Positions 57,665 through 64,000 of a DNA stretch of 64,000 nucleotides are shown piece after piece. The stretch's first letter is position 1; the number at the start of each line of letters is the position of its first letter. A model generated the notes under the pieces. The model was not told where the DNA came from. It made no database searches and was given only the letters and a program-made list of their open reading frames with translations. This DNA comes from a virus. The stretch lies in the IMG/VR virus record IMGVR_UViG_3300015371_000009, positions 23,983 through 87,982 of that record; one strand, written 5' to 3'. The position numbers and the translations under genes were made by a program.

Positions 57665-58786
57665 ATGAAATTTGTGCTGTCCAGTGGCCACGGCAAGCTG
57701 GTACGCGGCGCCAGCGGCATTCTTGATGAAGTCAACGAAGCGCGCCGCGTGGTCGACCAGGTCGCGGAGCTGCTTCGCCAGCTCGAGGTCGAGGTGGTGA
57801 CGTTCCACGATGACACCTCGACCAGCCAGAACGAGAATCTCAACGCCATTGTCGATTTTCACAATGCGCAGGAGCGCGATGGCGACATCAGCGTGCATTT
57901 CAACGCGTATGAAGACACGTCGAAGCCGATGGGCACTGAGGTGCTTTACAGCACGCAATCGGAGGCGGCCGCCATCGTGTCCGATGCCATCGCCAGTGCT
58001 GGCATGTTCATTGATCGCGGCGCGAAGTACCGCAGCGACCTATTTTTTCTCAACCAGACAGAAAAGCCGGCGATCCTGATCGAGGTCTGCTTTGTCGACA
58101 GCGAAGCCGACGCCGAACTTTATAACGATCGGTTCGACGACATTTGCCGGGCGATCGCCGAAACCATCGGCGATGTGGCGATCGAGGAGGAGGAAATCGA
58201 AATCGAGCCGGAGCCCGACGTCGACCTGACCGGTGATAACTGGGTCGACATCAACAGCAGCGTGCATGGCAATATCACGGTGATTGTCAACGGCAACATC
58301 GTGCGCCGCGGCACCGGCGATAACCTGGTCGACCTGGAGATTGCGTTGCACGGCGACGTGACGCTGCGGATCAATGGCGAGGATTTCCACTCAAAGCCGA
58401 CCATCCCGCCGAACCAGCAAAACATCACCGCCAGCGTGTTCGGCGGCGAGAGCGACTACAACGTCAGCGCTTACGACGAAACCAAGGTGCTGAATGATAC
58501 GGACTTGTACGTGGCGCTGCCCGATCGGTTCGAAGGCGAGCGGCCGCGGGTGACGGTGCACAATCGCGCCACCGGCCTATTTGCCACGGCCGAGATTTGG
58601 GACGTCGGGCCCTGGAATATTGATGACCCCTACTGGGAAACCGGGCAGCGCCCGCAGGCGGAAAGCGGCACCGACATGAGCGGCCGCGAAACCAATAGCG
58701 CCGGCATCGATCTATCGCCAGCGTTGGCCAAGGCGATCGGCATCGATGGCATGGGCACGGTCGATTGGACGTTCGTGCCCGACTAG
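57665..58786 (+). CDS. Endolysin: Amidase_3 plus C-terminal DPBB/RlpA-like domain
   Basis: SSGHG...E, ISVHFNA, GTEV and PAILIEVCFVD; then VALP...WDVGPW...GIDLS. Confidence 0.88.
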   Translation: MKFVLSSGHGKLVRGASGILDEVNEARRVVDQVAELLRQLEVEVVTFHDDTSTSQNENLNAIVDFHNAQERDGDISVHFNAYEDTSKPMGTEVLYSTQSEAAAIVSDAIASAGMFIDRGAKYRSDLFFLNQTEKPAILIEVCFVDSEADAELYNDRFDDICRAIAETIGDVAIEEEEIEIEPEPDVDLTGDNWVDINSSVHGNITVIVNGNIVRRGTGDNLVDLEIALHGDVTLRINGEDFHSKPTIPPNQQNITASVFGGESDYNVSAYDETKVLNDTDLYVALPDRFEGERPRVTVHNRATGLFATAEIWDVGPWNIDDPYWETGQRPQAESGTDMSGRETNSAGIDLSPALAKAIGIDGMGTVDWTFVPD

Positions 58787-58814
58787 CCGTGTTAATTTTT
58801 GCCGTCACAATCGA

Positions 58815-58845
58815 GAGCCCCGGCTAACGCCGGGGCTTTTTTTTG
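58815..58845 (+). terminator. Intrinsic terminator ending the late operon
   Basis: AGCCCCGGC-TAAC-GCCGGGGCT followed by a T-run. Confidence 0.85.
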
Positions 58846-59084
58846 CCTTGCGATCGGCGCTCGCTGAAACGACCTCGGAAAATGAAATCCAGGTCGGCGC
58901 CCCAAGCATCGCAGGCCCGGCAAGCAGTTTCGATCGATGGTCGGTTGATGCCGCGTTCGATGTCGTTCCAGGCGGTCGCGGAGATTTTGCAGACCTGGGC
59001 GGCTTGACGTTGGGTCAGCCCATTCAGCTCGCGCAGCATTCGCATGCGCAGGCCGGTTTCGGCGTGCGGTCTGGTGGAGGCCAT
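58824..59084 (-). CDS. XRE-family HTH protein
   Basis: LRELNGLTQRQAAQ...WNDIERG...PS...DLDFIFRG. Confidence 0.85.
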   Translation of the reverse strand: MASTRPHAETGLRMRMLRELNGLTQRQAAQVCKISATAWNDIERGINRPSIETACRACDAWGADLDFIFRGRFSERRSQGKKKPRR

Positions 59085-59121
59085 AGCATTTTCCTTTGTT
59101 GGGTCATCGCTTGGTCCTCTT

Positions 59122-59610
59122 TCACGTCAGCAGGCCGACCATTCGGCCCTTCGAATATTCCGCCGCGTCATTCCGTTTGAACGGCGCCAATGTTGCCTTG
59201 CCGTGCTCTGGCCGCAGGATCGGATAGAACCCGGTCAAGCAGCGCTGTTTGTCTTCGGCTTGCACGGCGACAACCTCGCGCCGATCGGGATGGTGCTCCA
59301 GCGATTTGCCGGCGTGCGCAGCTCGCAGCACAGCAGCCTCCGACGAGTCTCTTGACTGGAGAATCCAAGCCTCCGTCATAAACGAATAGCGCACGACGCC
59401 GCGCTCTTTGAAAATTGCGCGGACCGCTGCGACGGCCTGATCCTTGTCTTCGGCGGTTTTGAATTGCTCCGGCATGATCGACACCAACTCATCGATGGCG
59501 GTGTGACCCATCCACATGGGCGCGATGACGCCGCGCGCGTTGAAGGTCTGCCGCGCCACCTTGGCGGCGTGCGCGAAAATTTCCTCCAGTGTCAGGACTT
59601 GGACCATCAC
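59122..59610 (-). CDS. Hypothetical protein (island 5)
   Basis: EAW...HPDRREV motif. Confidence 0.7.
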   Translation of the reverse strand: MMVQVLTLEEIFAHAAKVARQTFNARGVIAPMWMGHTAIDELVSIMPEQFKTAEDKDQAVAAVRAIFKERGVVRYSFMTEAWILQSRDSSEAAVLRAAHAGKSLEHHPDRREVVAVQAEDKQRCLTGFYPILRPEHGKATLAPFKRNDAAEYSKGRMVGLLT

Positions 59611-59807
59611 AGCGGCCCACTTTCGCGGATTTGCTTGGCGATATTTTCGAGCAGCTCTGGCAGCAACAGCGTGGTCTGCAAGTCGGCCTGACAGGAAAAG
59701 CCAACACCGCGCGTGCCGTTAATCACAATCACCAGCGCGCCGTCAGCCTTGGCCTGCTCGCGCACATAGGTGCACAGATCATCATATTTGCCGGGACCGA
59801 GTGCCAT
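59607..59807 (-). CDS. Small hypothetical protein
   Basis: GPGKYDDLCT; coupled start and stop. Confidence 0.65.
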   Translation of the reverse strand: MALGPGKYDDLCTYVREQAKADGALVIVINGTRGVGFSCQADLQTTLLLPELLENIAKQIRESGPL

Positions 59808-60016
59808 CAGGGCGTCTGTTCGAGAATGCGCAAGCGGGCGCGGATTGCATGAAAGTCCTGCACCAGCTCCGCCACACTCGCGTCCAATCGACGGACGATG
59901 CCACTCAGCACGCCGATGTCATCGCGGATGCTGCGCATCTCTTCGCGCATACTGCGCTGTTCGTCCTGGATGGCGCGCAGCTGCTCGGCAATGAATTCGA
60001 GGGTGACGTCGGCCAT
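59807..60016 (-). CDS. Small coiled-coil protein
   Basis: Heptad pattern; coupled to its neighbour. Confidence 0.6.
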   Translation of the reverse strand: MADVTLEFIAEQLRAIQDEQRSMREEMRSIRDDIGVLSGIVRRLDASVAELVQDFHAIRARLRILEQTP

Positions 60017-60019
60017 AGG

Positions 60020-60205
60020 TCAACCGAGAATTTTCATGAACGCAGCGCCGGCAGCAAATAGCGCGGCGCCAGCGGTGAGCCCCGACATTCCGACAATCAG
60101 CGGATACCAAGCTATCTCCTGCCGCTTGCGATCATGGTCGGCCAGCATTTGATCGATGTGCGCCAACTTCTCGCGCACGTCGAGCGTTTCGGAGTCGACG
60201 GGCAT
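60020..60205 (-). CDS. Small membrane protein
   Basis: C-terminal TM segment. Confidence 0.55.
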   Translation of the reverse strand: MPVDSETLDVREKLAHIDQMLADHDRKRQEIAWYPLIVGMSGLTAGAALFAAGAAFMKILG

Positions 60206-60465
60206 CAGTCTTCGTCCTTGAAGCGCCGATCGCCGAACCCGACTGCGGGCGGCTTGGTGCCGGCGAGCTTCAGGATTTCGGCCGGCGTGATCTTGTATTT
60301 GACCATCACCCGCAGCAGCGCCTCGACCGAAAACGGAATGTGCGCCTCGCCCGATGCGAACCGCCGCACCGTGCGCTCGCCGGATTTCAGCATGTGCCGC
60401 GCGCTGGTGATGGTCATGCCCAGCGCGTCGAGGTGCTCGCGATATTCTTTTGGCTTCATGGTCAT
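60205..60465 (-). CDS. Cro/XRE-like HTH regulator (candidate binder of the palindromic box)
   Basis: YREHLDALGMT...ERTVRRFASGEAHIP; perfect box at 60468-60480 abuts the start. Confidence 0.7.
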   Translation of the reverse strand: MTMKPKEYREHLDALGMTITSARHMLKSGERTVRRFASGEAHIPFSVEALLRVMVKYKITPAEILKLAGTKPPAVGFGDRRFKDED

Positions 60466-60505
60466 CCGGCCAATATGGCCGAATTCATCCACGGGTTCAA
60501 GAGGG

Positions 60506-60787
60506 TCAGCCGCGGCGACGGTCTTCGCGGATTTCATCGGCATAGCGTTTGTTGAAGTCGGCGTTGAACTTGCGCAGCGCCTGGAACGCGACGTCGTAGA
60601 GCCGGCGGGCCTCTTTCCATTCCGGCGTTCGCTTGATGTGATCCGGGGTTAGCCCCATGACGCCGCGCTCGGTGCCGCGGATTTCGTCGAGCCGGGCGCT
60701 GGCCTCACGCGTCGCGCGCTCCAGCTCGATTTTGGTGGCTCTGGCGATGGTGTAGGCGTCCATGATTCGGCGATCCAGCGCGTTCAT
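60506..60787 (-). CDS. Hypothetical protein
   Basis: GAGGAGG RBS; MGLTPD..K.TPEW. Confidence 0.7.
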   Translation of the reverse strand: MNALDRRIMDAYTIARATKIELERATREASARLDEIRGTERGVMGLTPDHIKRTPEWKEARRLYDVAFQALRKFNADFNKRYADEIREDRRRG

Positions 60788-61179
60788 TTCGCACCTCCTC
60801 GCGGCCGGTAGCCGGCGGCGAATGCCTTGCGCGCAAATTCGAGTGCGCAGCGCAATGTGCAAAACGGCTTGTAGCCGCCCCACCAGCTTTCACCGTCCCA
60901 AATCCAGCGCGTGGTGACCATGTAGCTTTGCTCCGGCATCTTCGCGACGTCGGCCTCCGCACGTGCTCGTATTTCTGGATTGCTGGTTGCCGCCACTGCG
61001 GCCGCCAAGGCGGCGCGGCTGGTGGTTCGGTATGGCTCGCCGGTTTTCACCACGACACCATTGCCGCGGTACTCCGGCATCTGCTCGCCCACGGGCCAGC
61101 GGACTTGCTCCGAATCAACGGCGCGCTGGCCGTAGGCCTTGCCGCAGTGACCGCACACCGGACGTTTGGATTGTGCCAT
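60784..61179 (-). CDS. Zn-finger-like hypothetical protein
   Basis: CGHCG...FCTLRCA. Confidence 0.7.
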   Translation of the reverse strand: MAQSKRPVCGHCGKAYGQRAVDSEQVRWPVGEQMPEYRGNGVVVKTGEPYRTTSRAALAAAVAATSNPEIRARAEADVAKMPEQSYMVTTRWIWDGESWWGGYKPFCTLRCALEFARKAFAAGYRPRGGAK

Positions 61180-61189
61180 GGCGCCCTCT

Positions 61190-61834
61190 TCAATCGTTGA
61201 ACAGGGCGCGCATGACCCGGTCGAACTGCGCCGGGCTGAGCGTGCCCATGCGATCGATCGACACCGTGCCGTCAGCGTAGACGCTGCCGGAAACGTAGGG
61301 GCCGTCGCCGTTGCGATAGATCGATCCGGAGTAGGTCGAGCCGTCGGCGACCTTCACCTCAAGCCCAGGGTGCGCAGCGCGCAGCTTGGCGGCGACGTCG
61401 ACCAGACTGTTGGCGCGCCGCTTCAGCTCCGCGGCATGCTCGCGCCGCTTGGCGATCGGCGCCTTGGCCGGATCGATCACGCGGCGCTTGACGTCGGCGA
61501 CCAGCCGGTTCATCGGCTTGGACACTGACATGCTGGCGCGCGGCAGCTTGTACTCCTCGCCGCGTGGCGTGTCGTTGTAGCCAAGCGTGCAATTGGCCGG
61601 GGCAATGTTGAACGTGACCTTGTCGCTGTTGCGGTTTTCCCAGCCGCGGGTGATGCCGATGTCGCAATCGTCGACGATGATGTGCGCGTAGCGCTCACCG
61701 GCGCCCATGTCGTTGGGCTTCGGCGCGACGTAGGTGCCGCCCAGTGCCTTGGCGAGGTCGGCCGCAAACTTCTGCACGTCCATGACGCGCTCGACCCGGC
61801 CGTAGCTTTCCTTTTCGATGAAATAGTCGCTCAT
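61190..61834 (-). CDS. Hypothetical protein
   Basis: AGGAGA RBS below promoter copy 5. Confidence 0.72.
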   Translation of the reverse strand: MSDYFIEKESYGRVERVMDVQKFAADLAKALGGTYVAPKPNDMGAGERYAHIIVDDCDIGITRGWENRNSDKVTFNIAPANCTLGYNDTPRGEEYKLPRASMSVSKPMNRLVADVKRRVIDPAKAPIAKRREHAAELKRRANSLVDVAAKLRAAHPGLEVKVADGSTYSGSIYRNGDGPYVSGSVYADGTVSIDRMGTLSPAQFDRVMRALFND

Positions 61835-61895
61835 TGTTCCGTTCTCCTGGGCATCGACCGCCCTCGGCGGGCCCGACCATTCGGGCCACAACGGA

Positions 61896-61940
61896 TATAT
61901 AGGTCAAGCTGACCGGATTGTCAAGTAGGCCGTTTTGGCC
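61896..61940 (-). promoter_or_regulatory. Promoter with palindromic box (copy 5)
   Basis: CTTGAC-N5-GGTCAGCTTGACC-TATATA; imperfect second box at 61928-61940. Confidence 0.8.
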
Positions 61941-61961
61941 GGATGGGCGGCGGAAGCGGGC

Positions 61962-62501
61962 CTATTTGAGCTGTGCCCATTGCATCGCCTCGACCACGGC
62001 TTTGACGGTCGCGGCCAGCGTGTCAGCGTCGACGTAATTGGAAATCGGCTTCAGCGCTTCGGCAGCTTTCGCCTCAAGCGCAGCCAGCGCCTCCTGCTCG
62101 TGCTTTTCGTTCTGCACGCGCATGTGCTCAAGCAGCTCCTGCCGCTCGCGCAGCACGACCTTGGGATCGCGCAGCAAGCCCTCGGCGATCAGCGCCTTGG
62201 TTTCGGCCATCAGCCGATCGGGCAGCGATGCCGGCTTTTCGTCAGGCCCTTCGCCGCGGCCGCGATAGGGTTTGCTGGAGCTGCGCACCTTCACTTCGCG
62301 CGGCTTGCCGTTGGCGTCGGCGCGGTGGATCATCCCGTCACCGCCGACTTGGGTGAACCAGTAGCTCGTGCCCCAGCAGCCGTGTCGATCCATGTTGATC
62401 ACGCCCCAGCGCACGCCGTCGACCACGATCGCCTTGCGACCGGGGAAGCGATTGCCCCAGGTTTCCATCTGCGGGAACGGCTCAATCGAAATGTTCATCA
62501 C
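61962..62501 (-). CDS. Hypothetical protein (island 6)
   Basis: GGAG RBS; clean ORF. Confidence 0.7.
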   Translation of the reverse strand: MMNISIEPFPQMETWGNRFPGRKAIVVDGVRWGVINMDRHGCWGTSYWFTQVGGDGMIHRADANGKPREVKVRSSSKPYRGRGEGPDEKPASLPDRLMAETKALIAEGLLRDPKVVLRERQELLEHMRVQNEKHEQEALAALEAKAAEALKPISNYVDADTLAATVKAVVEAMQWAQLK

Positions 62502-62517
62502 TGGCTCCGTGAAAGTT

Positions 62518-62856
62518 TCAACGTCGATCGCACGAGCGGCCGCAGACCTTGACGATTTTGACGATCGTGCGCACGCCGTTCACTGGTTCAGCCTTCACTC
62601 GATCGCTACCTTCGACCGGTAGATTGATGTCGCAAAAATCTCCGATCGTGCATTTTGCCAGTACGCGCCGACCAAGATCAGAATTCAGCTGGACTCGGCA
62701 TGGCGGGGTCTTCGGCGTTGATTGCATGTCATCGTCTAAGGTGACGTGAACCCATTCGGCATCCGTGGAAATGGTGCCTTGGCAGAGATTGTCGCCAGCT
62801 ATTGCCGGGCTCGCTAGGGCGACAAGTGCAGCGACTGCGATCAGTAGCTTTTTCAT
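62518..62856 (-). CDS. Small exported Cys-containing protein
   Basis: GGAGG RBS; signal peptide MKKLLIAVAALVALASPAIA. Confidence 0.72.
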   Translation of the reverse strand: MKKLLIAVAALVALASPAIAGDNLCQGTISTDAEWVHVTLDDDMQSTPKTPPCRVQLNSDLGRRVLAKCTIGDFCDINLPVEGSDRVKAEPVNGVRTIVKIVKVCGRSCDRR

Positions 62857-63059
62857 TTGGTCACCTCCAGGGCTGCACCGCACTCAACGTCTTTAGTGCA
62901 GGCCCAAACAAGGGCAGCGATCCAACCAATGAAGGTCCAGCCTGCAAACACATTGAGCACCGTAATAGCCATGCGATTGCGATGCTTCCGCAAGGTCGCG
63001 ACGATGGCTGGCACGAAATAGCAAACAAGGATCAGAACTAGCACGTCATGATGGTCCAT
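62853..63059 (-). CDS. Superinfection immunity protein (T4 Imm-like)
   Basis: YFVPAIVA..RKH.N...I.VLN...GWTFIGWIAALVWA. Confidence 0.9.
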   Translation of the reverse strand: MDHHDVLVLILVCYFVPAIVATLRKHRNRMAITVLNVFAGWTFIGWIAALVWACTKDVECGAALEVTK

Positions 63060-63088
63060 CTTTATTCTCCTTTTGAACGCCAGCCATA

Positions 63089-63217
63089 TATATAGGCCAA
63101 TCTGGCCGCTACGTCAAGAGCCAAAAACCCCTGTATTTTGATGGGCTTGACGGGTCCACTTGACAGCGGTCATTCTGGCATGGTTGTTCCATCTGGCATA
63201 AGTCGGCCATTTCGGCC
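63089..63217. promoter_or_regulatory. Promoter copy 6 (minus strand) and divergent plus-strand control region
   Basis: CTTGAC-N5-GGCCAGATTGGCC-TATATA at 63089-63118; plus-strand CTTGAC at 63159 with imperfect boxes at 63168 and 63205. Confidence 0.78.
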
Positions 63218-63242
63218 GCTTTTTTGAAGGGAGTAAATCCGA

Positions 63243-63380
63243 ATGCGAATCCTGAAAATTGCGCTGACCGCGCTCGCTCTGTCGACATCGGTCCTGCCGG
63301 CCTTCGCGGCCTGCCCGGCCGGCACGTCGTACCAGTGCACCCAGGGCTACAACGGCAAAGTCATCTGCGGCTGCCGCTAA
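63243..63380 (+). CDS. 45-aa secreted four-cysteine peptide (not in the ORF track)
   Basis: AAGGGAG RBS; MRILKIALTALALSTSVLPAFA-ACPAGTSYQCTQGYNGKVICGCR. Confidence 0.7.
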   Translation: MRILKIALTALALSTSVLPAFAACPAGTSYQCTQGYNGKVICGCR

Positions 63381-63450
63381 GCCAATCGCGCCGGAGGCCG
63401 TCGCACCACGGCGGCCTTCCGGCCATCAGAAAAAACGGGAAACCCCAACC

Positions 63451-63897
63451 ATGAGACTATTACCTATCACCGCGGCGATCGCGTTCGGCCTTGCGCTGAC
63501 GCCAGCATTCGCGCAATGGACCGCCGAGGAGATTGCCTCGGGCGTGCAAAAGCAGGAATTCACCCGGCACGTTCTGAAAGGTCAAAAACTGTTGATCAAG
63601 GTGGGCGCCAGCCTGCAGGTCGATTGCACGCCGACCGAGGGCGCCGAGGTCAAGATCACCAAGGACCCGGAGCACGGCTCGCTCGACATCTCGAAAGGTC
63701 TTGATTTCCCCTACTACCCAAAGGAAAACCCGCGTTCCAAGTGCAACGAAAAAAAGACGCCGCGATTCCTGATCACCTACAAGCCCGAGAACGGCTACAG
63801 CGGAGTCGACAGTTTCGAATATGTGAGCCTCGCGGCTGATGGTTTCGCCCAAGAGATTACCATCAACGTCAACGTGCGCAGCGGGGGCAAGAAATGA
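63451..63897 (+). CDS. Exported protein with Ig/cadherin-like domain
   Basis: Signal peptide; ITKDPEHGSL...TYKPENGYSGVDSFEY. Confidence 0.75.
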   Translation: MRLLPITAAIAFGLALTPAFAQWTAEEIASGVQKQEFTRHVLKGQKLLIKVGASLQVDCTPTEGAEVKITKDPEHGSLDISKGLDFPYYPKENPRSKCNEKKTPRFLITYKPENGYSGVDSFEYVSLAADGFAQEITINVNVRSGGKK

Positions 63898-64000
63898 GCC
63901 GGGCCCTTGCCCTCACGCTGGCGCTCGCGCTCACGTGCGTCAGCGCACACGCGCAAACCCAGCAGCGGTTTTATGATCCGCGCGGCAACAGTGTCGGCAC

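Noticed and set aside
63224-63454. 76-aa ORF from the track
   Set aside because: The overlapping 63243-63380 frame has the RBS, signal peptide and Cys pattern.
1-64000. Integrase, att site, tRNA or host genes
   Set aside because: None recognised in the window, so lifestyle and prophage status cannot be determined here.

Overview
This window is most of the genome of a GC-rich tailed phage or prophage. The GapR-like gene and CTTGAC-N17-CTATAT promoters point to an alphaproteobacterial (Rhizobiales-like) host. The plus strand runs: replication/middle genes (C5 methyltransferase, RuvC-like resolvase, primase-helicase with a likely iteron origin, NusG-like regulator), HNH-cos-terS-terL, about 16 kb of accessory genes, an HK97-type protease-capsid fusion and portal, a Mu-like contractile tail and baseplate with several fibres, and a two-domain endolysin. 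Small minus-strand gene islands interrupt this. They are headed by six copies of one promoter design with a palindromic GGYCA-N3-TGRCC box, which I found by eye at 12 perfect sites. The best candidate for a new system is 22.3-28.6 kb. Three consecutive enzymes there (GNAT; HEXXH zincin; GNAT plus RelA/SpoT-like synthetase) share a K|x-D-x-x-x-(H)PR..G-x-W/F-polyGly tag. One also shares a Cys domain with the N-terminus of the protease-capsid protein. Nearby are a nested out-of-frame small gene, a convergent small gene and an HD alarmone-hydrolase-like gene. I infer a MuF-less, capsid-loaded effector array with separately expressed antidotes. All calls come from motif recognition; no database searches were run. 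I saw no integrase, tRNA, CRISPR array or reverse transcriptase.
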